Below, one piece after another: positions 27,622-35,335 of a DNA stretch of 64,000 nucleotides (positions within the stretch are counted from its first letter, which is position 1; each line of letters begins with the position of its first letter). The stretch spans positions 74,121-138,120 of the forward strand of contig CAYQPO010000002.1 in NCBI GenBank assembly GCA_964420015.1, in the 5' to 3' direction. The translations under genes and the position numbers were made by a program. The notes below the pieces were generated by a model. It saw only the letters and a list, made by a program, of their open reading frames with translations. It made no database searches and was not told the origin of the DNA. Source of the stretch: an uncultured Candidatus Saccharibacteria bacterium (GTDB lineage Bacteria; Patescibacteriota; Minisyncoccia; Phycocordibacterales; SBAW01).

Positions 27622-27650
27622 TTGACAAAATAGGTTGGATTTGCTATAAT
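27622..27650 (+). promoter_or_regulatory. Consensus sigma-70 promoter (TTGACA-17-TATAAT with TG-extended -10) for the DEAD-box helicase gene
   Basis: tTTGACAaaataggttggatTTGcTATAATc is a perfect -35/-10 with a 17-bp spacer, ending 8 nt before the start codon. Confidence 0.55.
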
Positions 27651-27657
27651 CTCGTCA

Positions 27658-28860
27658 TTGATGCCTAGACACCGTTCTGCTGCGAAGCCCTTTACTCGGG
27701 GCCGTTTTAATACCAACCGCTCGCGGCCTCCGCAGCACCGCAACCAACCAAAACCCTTTTCGGATATTGGTCGTTTTATCAACAAAGCAGTCATCGTCGA
27801 AGAGGCTCCGGTTTTTGTCCCTCAACATCAATTTGCCGACTTTGCACTCGATCCGCGGCTTAAAGCAAACATTGCCCACAAAGGCTATGTGGTGCCCACG
27901 CCGATCCAAGACCGCGCGATCCCGCATATCCTCCGTGGGGAAGATGTGGTGGGCATAGCCAACACTGGCACAGGCAAGACCGCCGCATTCCTTATCCCGT
28001 TGCTTAATAAAATTTTGAGCGGCAAGGGGGAGCGTGTGCTTGTCGTGGTACCCACTCGCGAACTTGCCACCCAAATTGGTGACGAATTGCGCCCCTTTGC
28101 CAAAGGGCTTGGGATATACGCTGCCACCTGTGTGGGAGGCGCCAACATCAATCCGCAAATTGCTGAACTGCGCCGCAAACCGCAAGTGGTGATTGGCACG
28201 CCGGGGCGGCTCAAAGACCTACTCGAGCGAGGGAACCTCAAACTCGATACGTTTGGCACCGCGGTTTTGGACGAAGCCGACCGCATGCTCGACATGGGTT
28301 TTATCAACGACATGCGCAAGCTCTTGGGGCTTTTGCCTACACCGCGGCACACACTCTTCTTCTCAGCGACGCTCTCATCAGAGATCGAGAAGTTGATCGG
28401 TGAGTTTTTGCATGCGCCGGTGCGAATCTCGGTTAAGACGCAAGAAACCTCGGCCTCAATTGAACAAGACGTGGTGCATATCCCTCGTGGCACAGATAAG
28501 TTTGAGGTGCTCCACCAGTTGCTTCTGCAGCCGGGGTTCGACAAGGTGCTTGTGTTTGGCCGCACCAAATACGGTATTGAGCGTCTGTCTAAAAAACTTC
28601 TCCAGCGCGGCATACAAAGCGAGTCGATTCATGGCAACAAAACACAAGGCAAGCGCCAACGAGCTCTCGATCTATTTAAAAAAGACCATGTGCAAGTGTT
28701 GTGCGCCACCGACGTTGCTGCTCGTGGGCTCGACATTGTCGGGGTCTCTCATGTAATCAACTTCGACCTGCCACAAACACAGGAAGACTACGTGCACCGC
28801 ATTGGCCGCACTGGTCGCGGGGGAAGCAGGGGTAAGGCGCTGACCTTTATCGAGGGGTAG
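27658..28860 (+). CDS. DEAD-box ATP-dependent RNA helicase with a basic N-terminal extension
   Basis: Q motif, AxTGTGKT, PTRELA, DEAD, SAT, HRIGRTGR. Confidence 0.9.
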   Translation: MMPRHRSAAKPFTRGRFNTNRSRPPQHRNQPKPFSDIGRFINKAVIVEEAPVFVPQHQFADFALDPRLKANIAHKGYVVPTPIQDRAIPHILRGEDVVGIANTGTGKTAAFLIPLLNKILSGKGERVLVVVPTRELATQIGDELRPFAKGLGIYAATCVGGANINPQIAELRRKPQVVIGTPGRLKDLLERGNLKLDTFGTAVLDEADRMLDMGFINDMRKLLGLLPTPRHTLFFSATLSSEIEKLIGEFLHAPVRISVKTQETSASIEQDVVHIPRGTDKFEVLHQLLLQPGFDKVLVFGRTKYGIERLSKKLLQRGIQSESIHGNKTQGKRQRALDLFKKDHVQVLCATDVAARGLDIVGVSHVINFDLPQTQEDYVHRIGRTGRGGSRGKALTFIEG

Positions 28861-28871
28861 AGTGCCCCGCA

Positions 28872-28900
28872 TTGACAAAATAGCCTTATTTTGCTAGACT
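28872..28900 (+). promoter_or_regulatory. Sigma-70-like promoter (TTGACA-17-TAGACT, TG-extended)
   Basis: aTTGACAaaatagccttatTTTGcTAGACT shares its architecture with the 27622 promoter. Confidence 0.4.
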
Positions 28901-28960
28901 ATTTGCCAGTGGACGGCCCAAGGAAAGGGTCTTTTTGTTTACCCGTCTTCTGTAGTAGCC

Positions 28961-29188
28961 ATGAAATCTTCTCCTAAAAAAATTCTCAATAAAGCAACCA
29001 AACCGGCTCCCCAGCCGGTCATGAGCATGCCTAAACCCAAAGGCCCGCCCAAGCACTATCAGCAAGACGGTCATTGGATCGTCAAGCCGCGCAAAACTGA
29101 GGTCTACACTTGTCATTGCGGCAATCGCTATCTCAAGACGCGCCCACACCAAGACGAGTGCCTGCGCTGCATGTTTGGTCACAAGTAG
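28961..29188 (+). CDS. Small basic zinc-ribbon-like protein (75 aa; C-x-C ... C-x2-C)
   Basis: Lys/Pro-rich N-terminus followed by CHCGNRYLKTRPHQDECLRC. It has its own promoter and terminator. Confidence 0.5.
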   Translation: MKSSPKKILNKATKPAPQPVMSMPKPKGPPKHYQQDGHWIVKPRKTEVYTCHCGNRYLKTRPHQDECLRCMFGHK

Positions 29189-29198
29189 AAGACGGAAG

Positions 29199-29236
29199 CG
29201 CCCCGCCCCGAGTCTATCGAGGGGCGGGCTTCTTCA
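29199..29236 (+). terminator. GC-rich hairpin terminator (member of a repeated hairpin family)
   Basis: gccccgcccc-gagtctatcga-ggggcgggc followed by ttctt. A near-identical hairpin occurs at 31327-31360. Confidence 0.5.
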
Positions 29237-29274
29237 TGTAATTTTCTACTCCCCTTGGGTGTATACTATTTTAT

Positions 29275-29808
29275 ATGAATAGCACATCGTGGATCTGGGC
29301 CCTTGTGGCCGTCATTATTATCGGCGGGGGCGCGTGGTGGTATCTCTCGAACAACAACACCACCCAACCTGCGGCAACAACCACAGAGCAAACCACCGGT
29401 ACCGAGACCTCCGGTAGCCAAGCAAGCACGGGGAGCGACCAAGGCATGCAAGACAATGGAGTGACGGGGAGCGTCTCTGCGGGGGTTGGCACTCTTAAGA
29501 CTGTAACGATCACCTATGGCGCAAACGGGTTTAGCCCCGCAAACGTCACGATCAACAAGGGCGATACGGTGAGCTTTATAAACCAAAGCGGCGGCAACAT
29601 GTGGGTCGCCTCAGACGCGCACCCTACGCACGCTGAGTTTGACGGTACCTCGCGTGCCGAACACTGTGCCGCAGGCTACAGCGGTCCCACGCCATTTGAC
29701 CAATGCACTTCGGGTTCTTCGTACAGCTTTACGTTTACCAAAACAGGTACCTTCAACTTCCACAATCACGTGGCGGCGCAGTTTGGGGGCAAGATAGTGG
29801 TACAGTAG
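29275..29808 (+). CDS. Membrane-anchored protein with Thr-rich linker and cupredoxin-like C-terminal domain (putative)
   Basis: N-terminal TM and low-complexity linker, then KTVTITYGANGFSPANVTINKGDTVSFINQSGGNMWVASDAHPTH...C...FNFHNH. His/Cys spacing is consistent with a copper-binding fold, but this is not certain. Confidence 0.5.
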   Translation: MNSTSWIWALVAVIIIGGGAWWYLSNNNTTQPAATTTEQTTGTETSGSQASTGSDQGMQDNGVTGSVSAGVGTLKTVTITYGANGFSPANVTINKGDTVSFINQSGGNMWVASDAHPTHAEFDGTSRAEHCAAGYSGPTPFDQCTSGSSYSFTFTKTGTFNFHNHVAAQFGGKIVVQ

Positions 29809-29812
29809 AGGC

Positions 29813-30190
29813 ATGTACTCCAGAGCGGCGACTTTGGTGCTGCGGCTTGCCGTTGCGGTGGCGTTTCTCTATCCACCCTATGCAGCGCTCCAAGACCCGA
29901 TCTCGTGGCTCTCATACTTCCCCCAGTGGTTTCTGATGGCGGCACACACTGCTCAGTTCTCCGACATGGTAGTGCTGCACGGGTTTGGAGTGGTTGAGGT
30001 GGTAATCGCATTGTGGATTCTCTCGGGATGGCGGGTCTATATCCCGGCCACGCTTGCCATGCTTGTCCTGCTTGCGATAGTGGGCTTCGACTACCAAAAC
30101 TTTGACGTCTTGTTTAGAGATATCTCGATAGCCCTCGCCGCGGGTGCACTTGCGCTGCAAGCTCTGCAGGACCATACTAGGAGGGTATGA
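29813..30190 (+). CDS. Hypothetical membrane protein (DoxX-like, 4 TM)
   Basis: Hydrophobicity pattern only. Confidence 0.45.
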   Translation: MYSRAATLVLRLAVAVAFLYPPYAALQDPISWLSYFPQWFLMAAHTAQFSDMVVLHGFGVVEVVIALWILSGWRVYIPATLAMLVLLAIVGFDYQNFDVLFRDISIALAAGALALQALQDHTRRV

Positions 30191-30843
30191 CCCGCACCGC
30201 CTGGACGATCGCCATCATTGTAGTGCTTATGCTCTTAATCGCTGGGGGAGTGGTTTTCCGTGGTCGGCTCACCAACTTGATCCCCTCCGGTGGGCAACAG
30301 ACGGAGCAGCAAGCAACTACGACGCCTACGCAGGCAGTGTGGCAGAGCTACGCAACTTCGACCTACTCGATCCAGTACCCGCCGAGCTATCACCTAAACG
30401 CGGCCTACCAATACACACAGTTTGGCCCGAATAAACCTATTGCGGGCACTTCGTTTACTGTTTCCCCAGAGATGGCAACCGGTACCAACCTTGCTTCTGA
30501 TACGTACCTCTCGGTAGAGCAGCTTCCGCGGGCCAAAAATTGCACGGGCGACATCTTTATCAACGCCGATGTGAGTGCGCAAAAAGTTACCGAAAACGGT
30601 GTGCAGTATTCGGTGGCAAGCTCAACCGGCGCCGGAGCGGGCAACCGCTACGAAGAGACCGTCTACGCGCTTGTAGGCTCCTCGCCGTGCACCGCGCTAC
30701 GCTACTTTGTCCACTACAGCGTAATCGAGAATTACCCCCAAGGCGCGGTGCGCGAGTTTGACCGCACACAACTCATAAGCGAGTTTGACCAGATCCGTCA
30801 TAGCCTCACGCTTGGTGCCGCCGCCGGTAATACACAGCCCTAA
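30187..30843 (+). CDS. Secreted/anchored hypothetical protein
   Basis: N-terminal TM MTRTAWTIAIIVVLMLLIAGG. No motif recognised. Confidence 0.5.
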   Translation: MTRTAWTIAIIVVLMLLIAGGVVFRGRLTNLIPSGGQQTEQQATTTPTQAVWQSYATSTYSIQYPPSYHLNAAYQYTQFGPNKPIAGTSFTVSPEMATGTNLASDTYLSVEQLPRAKNCTGDIFINADVSAQKVTENGVQYSVASSTGAGAGNRYEETVYALVGSSPCTALRYFVHYSVIENYPQGAVREFDRTQLISEFDQIRHSLTLGAAAGNTQP

Positions 30844-30914
30844 GTTCGAGCTTTTAAAAGCGGGCTACAATTAAATGATCAGGGTCTTGGCCCTGTCTAT
30901 TTACTAGTTTTAGT

Positions 30915-31310
30915 TTGTTTATGATCCACAAAATTACACACATTAAGTACCACAAAGCGATGGGCATGCTTTTGGTACGGCTCGCTTCGGGCGTCGTGTT
31001 TCTTAATCATGGTTGGATGAAGTTGATGAACCTCGGCATGGCCGATGGGTTCTTTAAGGGCCTCGGATTGCCAGCCGGGACCGCGGTCTTTATTGCGCTT
31101 GTCGAGACGGTCGGTGGCGTTATGCTCATTTTGGGCATCGCTCCGCGCTTGGCCGGTTTGGTACTCGGTATCGAGATGATCGTCGCGCTCTTGCTGGTCA
31201 ACATCCCGCATGGCAGTTATGAGCTCGAAGTGTTACTTGCGGCAGCCTCGCTCGCGGTCTTTCTGGTGGGCGCTGGGCGCTACTCGCTCTACTCGCTCGA
31301 GAGAGAATAA
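30915..31310 (+). CDS. DoxX family membrane protein
   Basis: LVRLASGVVFLNHGWMKL...ALVETVGGVMLILGIAPRLAGLVL pattern typical of DoxX. Confidence 0.6.
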   Translation: MFMIHKITHIKYHKAMGMLLVRLASGVVFLNHGWMKLMNLGMADGFFKGLGLPAGTAVFIALVETVGGVMLILGIAPRLAGLVLGIEMIVALLLVNIPHGSYELEVLLAAASLAVFLVGAGRYSLYSLERE

Positions 31311-31326
31311 CCCGCTCTTCGGTTGG

Positions 31327-31360
31327 AATGTAGAAAGCCCCGCCCCGAACAGATCGAGGG
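31327..31360. terminator. Bidirectional GC-rich hairpin terminator between convergent genes (same family as 29199)
   Basis: gccccgcccc-gaacagatcga-ggggcggggc followed by ttgttcg. Confidence 0.5.
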
Positions 31361-31392
31361 GCGGGGCTTGTTCGTTGCCACAGTGCATGACG

Positions 31393-31749
31393 CTACTGGG
31401 CCGAAGCGAGATAGAACGGTTGACCCTGCCGCGGCGCAAAGGGGTAGCGCCGGAGCATCACCACCGCTTGTTCGCCGGTCTTTGGATCACGAAAGGTCTC
31501 GTCGCGCGCACCCACGATGCGCTGAGCCTGACGCTCGCCGGCTTGGGGAAGCCAGCAGGCTTGCTTGGCCTTCAAGACGCCAAAGACTATAAGCACTCCC
31601 GGCTCGCCAAACTTTTCGTACGCATTGGCCAGCAGCTTGAGCGACTCACGCTCCCAGCAAGCAACGATTCGCTCCCCGGCATGAGCAGCGGGCATTGCGA
31701 CTGCCAATGTGCCTGCGCTGAGGGCAGCACTCACCAGTCTCCTAAGCAT
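31393..31749 (-). CDS. Secreted hypothetical protein (~118 aa from the internal Met with signal peptide)
   Basis: MLRRLVSAALSAGTLAVAMPAAHA signal peptide. A GGAAGGAG SD lies 7 nt upstream of this ATG. The track ORF extends further 5'. Confidence 0.5.
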   Translation of the reverse strand: MLRRLVSAALSAGTLAVAMPAAHAGERIVACWERESLKLLANAYEKFGEPGVLIVFGVLKAKQACWLPQAGERQAQRIVGARDETFRDPKTGEQAVVMLRRYPFAPRQGQPFYLASAQ

Positions 31750-31861
31750 AATGGGCTCCTTCCATTCCTTCGGTTCATCGCGCGTTGAACTCCCCCGGCA
31801 GACTATAGCTGAGCTATGCTGTAGATACAAGGAAGACTTCTTTTTGGTGTAATATGTACGT

Positions 31862-32032
31862 ATGGCCAAGAACGGTAAAAAAGACGGTGCGCGCAAGGGC
31901 AAGGTTAAGGGTCGCTCGCAGACCTACTCGCCCAAAAACAAGCGCTTTACCAAGGTCAACAACAAGACCGGTAAATTTATGGACCAAATGTCCAAGCGTG
32001 GCAAGGCTTTTAAGGGCGTGCGCGTGAAGTAA
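31862..32032 (+). CDS. Possible 56-aa lysine-rich basic protein (below the ORF-track cutoff)
   Basis: MAKNGKKDGARKGKVKGRSQTYSPKNKRFTKVNNKTGKFMDQMSKRGKAFKGVRVK. It is followed directly by a strong terminator. No homology assignment. Confidence 0.35.
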   Translation: MAKNGKKDGARKGKVKGRSQTYSPKNKRFTKVNNKTGKFMDQMSKRGKAFKGVRVK

Positions 32033-32035
32033 AAA

Positions 32036-32068
32036 ACAACCGCGCCCCATTGGGGCGCGGTATTTTGC
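32036..32068. terminator. Bidirectional rho-independent terminator (copy A of the accgcgccc...gggcgcggt hairpin family)
   Basis: aaaaaacaaccgcgcccc-attg-gggcgcggtatttt has T/A runs on both sides. Confidence 0.55.
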
Positions 32069-32083
32069 AGCTGGCCGGAGGAA

Positions 32084-32482
32084 TTAGCTCAACGCATGTG
32101 CAAGTTTGAAAGTTGACAGCTCGCAGCTAGCCGCCGCTTGTGCTTCGCTGGCCTGGTTGCCATCAGGCAGCGTCCAGTTGATCTTAAACAGCACATTTGG
32201 GCGCAACATCCGCGCACTGTCCTCAAGCGCCGAGGGCCAAAAGTCGATCGGATCGTCCGACGCCTCGAGCATGGCGGAGTGGTCGATCTCAAAGGTGAGT
32301 TGGCCTCGCTCGCTTTGGTCGATGTAGTTGGTCCGCAGCAGCTCCTCGACGCAGTAGAAGCCCGCCGCCTTAGACTTAAAGGCGACCTTCGATTCGTCAC
32401 GACAAATGATCGCGCCGTGGAGCACCTGGCAGTAGGGGCAACCAAAGGTGCCGAAGTAGGCTCTTAGGATTTCGTTGACCAT
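32084..32482 (-). CDS. Small Cys-containing protein with N-terminal CPYC motif (possible glutaredoxin/thioredoxin-fold)
   Basis: Start MVNEILRAYFGTFGCPYCQV resembles the glutaredoxin beta1-CPYC active site. A GAGGAGGG SD lies 6 nt upstream. The track ORF begins 14 codons earlier. Confidence 0.5.
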   Translation of the reverse strand: MVNEILRAYFGTFGCPYCQVLHGAIICRDESKVAFKSKAAGFYCVEELLRTNYIDQSERGQLTFEIDHSAMLEASDDPIDFWPSALEDSARMLRPNVLFKINWTLPDGNQASEAQAAASCELSTFKLAHALS

Positions 32483-32556
32483 GGAAAACCCTCCTCTAAC
32501 CTCGACTATATCAGTAAAAAACAAACCGCGCCCGGTAGGGCGCGGTTGTGGTCAGG
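32483..32556 (-). repeat. Copy B of a ~70-nt intergenic cassette (terminator hairpin + T-run + TATAGT -10-like box + GGAGGG SD)
   Basis: On the minus strand: ccacaaccgcgccctaccgggcgcggtttgttttttactgaTATAGTcgaggttagaGGAGGGttttccATG. It is 80-85% identical to copy C. Confidence 0.6.
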
Positions 32557-32567
32557 GTGCCCCGATG

Positions 32568-32936
32568 CTAGTGCCGTGTTTCGGGGTTAGGTTCTCCCAA
32601 CTCGAAGAGGTGTTCGACCGCAAAGACGTCGGCACGAAGTACGGGGATGCCTTGCGGTTTGATAGAAAGCCCACGCACACACTCGGCGGGGTAGAACACG
32701 CATGCATCGACCTTAGAGCGTTCGGGGAGCGCAGAATTTTGTATCTCCTGCAAGACAAATGCCCGTTCGTTCTCGGTGAGCAGACCGTTGTTCATTAAGG
32801 CTTGCGCACAGCGCCGAGCGCTATAGCGCGAGTAGCACGACATCAGTGAGCCATTCGGGCATACGATGACTCCCTGGGTGGCGGCCGACCCAACTTTTAC
32901 ATCGAGTCGTGCAGCATTCCTATCGCCGTCTGACAT
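32568..32936 (-). CDS. Small Cys-rich hypothetical protein (122 aa), possible distant paralog of 32084..32482
   Basis: The GGAGGG SD and repeated cassette precede the ATG. Five Cys residues (CPNGSLMSC, RRC, DAC..EC). Confidence 0.5.
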   Translation of the reverse strand: MSDGDRNAARLDVKVGSAATQGVIVCPNGSLMSCYSRYSARRCAQALMNNGLLTENERAFVLQEIQNSALPERSKVDACVFYPAECVRGLSIKPQGIPVLRADVFAVEHLFELGEPNPETRH

Positions 32937-33008
32937 GGGACCCTCCTAACCCCGACTATACCAGTAAAAAGCAAACCGCGCCCCTCTGGGGCGCGGTCGT
33001 GTGCGTAT
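32937..33008 (-). repeat. Copy C of the terminator-promoter-SD cassette
   Basis: On the minus strand: cgaccgcgccccagaggggcgcggtttgctttttactggTATAGTcggggttaGGAGGGtcccATG. Confidence 0.6.
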
Positions 33009-33019
33009 CTACGAAAAAT

Positions 33020-33220
33020 TTATGTATGCATTTCGTCGCGATGTTGGTCGATGCGCTTGGCAAGCTTGTCAGGCGGCAACTCTTGGGCTGCGCCAAACAA
33101 GGTCGCGTTCGAGGTTCCGGTTGCCGGTGCCTCGGGCTCCTGCGACACCCACGGTGCGCCGGGGAATTCGCATGCCTCAAACATCATCAAACCGCTGCTC
33201 GCTTTGTGTTTTGTGCTCAT
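33020..33220 (-). CDS. Small hypothetical protein (66 aa) heading the small-gene array
   Basis: An AGGAGGG SD lies 4 nt upstream of the ATG, a TATAGTC box lies further upstream, and a terminator (copy C) lies downstream. Confidence 0.4.
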   Translation of the reverse strand: MSTKHKASSGLMMFEACEFPGAPWVSQEPEAPATGTSNATLFGAAQELPPDKLAKRIDQHRDEMHT

Positions 33221-33287
33221 CGGGCCCTCCTACCTCTTCCTATTTTAAGACTATAGCAAAAAACCGAACTTCTGGTAGGGTGGGGGT

Positions 33288-33614
33288 GTGTCAATCGATA
33301 CCTACTATTTCTTCTTAATAATCCTCGGTGGCTTTGCTATCGTCTGGAGTTTTAGACTGTTTAATCGCTCAACAAAATCTTTGGGAGACTTTGAATATCT
33401 TTGCTTTAGTGCTGTCTGGGGTCTTGTGCTTGTGGGTTTTTATAGTTGGGCCGAAGATTCAAAGCCCGAAGTTTTAAAAGTATTTTTTGAAAATCCTTTT
33501 GCCGCGGGGTTGGTCCTGTTTTCATTTGGTCTACTTATCGGCGGGGTTGCTGGGGACATTTTTCATACTTCCCCCGGGTTCTTTGAGGCTGTGAAGGCAA
33601 GATTTTTAAAGTAG
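33288..33614 (+). CDS. Hypothetical membrane protein (3 TM)
   Basis: Hydrophobic profile only. Confidence 0.45.
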   Translation: MSIDTYYFFLIILGGFAIVWSFRLFNRSTKSLGDFEYLCFSAVWGLVLVGFYSWAEDSKPEVLKVFFENPFAAGLVLFSFGLLIGGVAGDIFHTSPGFFEAVKARFLK

Positions 33615-33634
33615 CTTCGTGTAGTTTTGCTATA

Positions 33635-33653
33635 CTTAAGCTATGTACGGGAT
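33635..33653 (+). promoter_or_regulatory. TG-extended -10 promoter element (TTTTGCTATACTTAAGCTA), 19/20 identical to the one at 55269
   Basis: The TGcTATACT box is followed directly by the ATG of a possible 45-aa hydrophobic ORF (33653..33790), which would make it leaderless-like. Confidence 0.35.
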
Positions 33654-33810
33654 AGATGCACTACTGCAAAGCATTTTAAATTTTTTACTGCAGCTCCTGA
33701 CGCTCGTCATCAACTTTTTTATTGCCGTGTTGCAGCTTGTCTTGCACTTTGCCGAGGCGCTCGTTGGGGCAGTGCGTTAGTACTAACGCGATAGGTGTAT
33801 ACTTCACCCT

Positions 33811-34128
33811 ATGAACAATTACATGTATCAGCAGGGCGATTGGGCCTACGGGCCCCATATGTGGAACGCGAGTATAGGTTTTGGCGGGCATGAGTGGGTG
33901 CTCTGGGCTTTGGCGCTCGCTGCGCCGTTTATTGTGTTGGCAGTGTTATGGACGATCTTGTGGAAGGGGCTTGCGCTCTGGCACTCGGCGCGCCGCGGGC
34001 AGTATTGGTGGTTTGTAATCATGCTTGTGGTTAACACGCTCGGGATCCTGGAGATCATCTACCTCTTCTTTGTAGCAGGGCTCAAGTTTAAAGAGCTTTT
34101 CTCCACGCATAGCCACCCGCGGTCGTAA
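33811..34128 (+). CDS. Hypothetical membrane protein (Trp-rich, 3 TM)
   Basis: Hydrophobic profile only. Confidence 0.45.
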   Translation: MNNYMYQQGDWAYGPHMWNASIGFGGHEWVLWALALAAPFIVLAVLWTILWKGLALWHSARRGQYWWFVIMLVVNTLGILEIIYLFFVAGLKFKELFSTHSHPRS

Positions 34129-34217
34129 CCTATGGGTGAGACGGTCACTAGCCTCACGCGTATTTCAGGCGCCTGCTTATAGAGTTGGGCCATTAGTCCT
34201 AAATCGTAGTAAAGACT

Positions 34218-34445
34218 ATGGCACTAGACATCAACAGTATATCGGCGGAGGAGCTCACCGAGGCCAGTGGTATTTCGCCTGAAGTTGCTTTTGCTGTTTG
34301 CGAGTATCGCGACGAAAACGGTGGATTTATGGATATCGCCGAGGTGAGCGACGTCCCAGGCGTCGACGAAGAAGCGATGGAAGCGATCAAAAAAGCGGGG
34401 GTCAAAGTGGGCGCTGCGGCAGACCTCGACGGTGGGGGCATGTAG
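34218..34445 (+). CDS. ComEA-like helix-hairpin-helix DNA-binding protein (no membrane anchor)
   Basis: INSISAEELTEASGISPEVAFAVCEYRDENGGFMDIAEVSDVPGVDEEAMEAIKK matches the ComEA HhH consensus. Its own terminator follows. Confidence 0.65.
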   Translation: MALDINSISAEELTEASGISPEVAFAVCEYRDENGGFMDIAEVSDVPGVDEEAMEAIKKAGVKVGAAADLDGGGM

Positions 34446-34546
34446 GCCCACCTTGCGCAGGGGAGGGTGGCGTTTCGTAATTTTTTATCCCCAGAACTTG
34501 TGTATATTGTGTACAGGCTATGCAGAAGTTGTGCTATTCTGGTGCT

Positions 34547-35236
34547 ATGAGATACACAATAAATAAGTCGCTCACGGGTAAGCAAAAGCGCGTGCTCGAC
34601 AACATTGAGCTTTACATCAAGGCCAAAGGCGAACCCCCAACGCTCGAGGAGCTGCGCCAGAACCTCGGCTTTAAATCGCTGCGCACCGTCACGCAATACC
34701 TCGAGAGCTTGGAGCGCAAGGGCTTTATTGTTCGGCGCAAGCATGCACGGCGCAACATTGAGTTGCGCGCAATCGACGCTGCGGGCAGTGCGGCGACGCT
34801 GGTCTCGGTCCCCGTGGTGGCCAATGTGGGTTGCGACGATCTCTCGGTTTTTGCACAGGAGCAACAAGATGAGTTTTTGCAGGTAGACAAGCAGATTGTC
34901 GATGAGGTGGGGAGCGAAATTGTCGCAGTGCGCGCAGTGGGCGACTCGATGCTCGACGCGGGGGTCAAAAGTGGCGACTACATTTTGGTGCAATTTACCG
35001 ACAAGGTCAAAAGCGGCGATAGGGTCGCGGCAATCATCGGCGACATGGTCACGGTTAAGCGCCTGGAGCGCAAAGAGGGTGTCACGATTCTATACCCCGA
35101 AAACAAAGATCCTAAATATAAGCCCATTGTCTTGCGCGAGGACTTTAAGATCGCGGGTAAAGTACTATGCGTGATCCCCGCTGGCGTCGCCGAGATGAGC
35201 GATCTTATCCCCATTGCCGAAGAAGACTGGCGTTAG
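34547..35236 (+). CDS. lexA: LexA repressor (S24 peptidase)
   Basis: N-terminal wHTH (LTGKQKRVLDNIELYIKAKGEPPTLEELRQNLGFKS), cleavage-site region, and catalytic Ser in VGDSMLDAG and Lys in VTVKRL. Confidence 0.9.
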   Translation: MRYTINKSLTGKQKRVLDNIELYIKAKGEPPTLEELRQNLGFKSLRTVTQYLESLERKGFIVRRKHARRNIELRAIDAAGSAATLVSVPVVANVGCDDLSVFAQEQQDEFLQVDKQIVDEVGSEIVAVRAVGDSMLDAGVKSGDYILVQFTDKVKSGDRVAAIIGDMVTVKRLERKEGVTILYPENKDPKYKPIVLREDFKIAGKVLCVIPAGVAEMSDLIPIAEEDWR

Positions 35237-35261
35237 TTTTACTTCCCCCAGCTATTTTCAA

Positions 35262-35300
35262 AGACACATGAATTTTTTATGTGTCCTTTATTTTTTCATG
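35262..35300 (+). terminator. Rho-independent terminator after lexA
   Basis: gacacat-gaatttttt-atgtgtc followed by ctttatttttt. Confidence 0.5.
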
Positions 35301-35335
35301 TATGGTTCAGCCAAGCAAGGTTTTAATGCTGAGGT

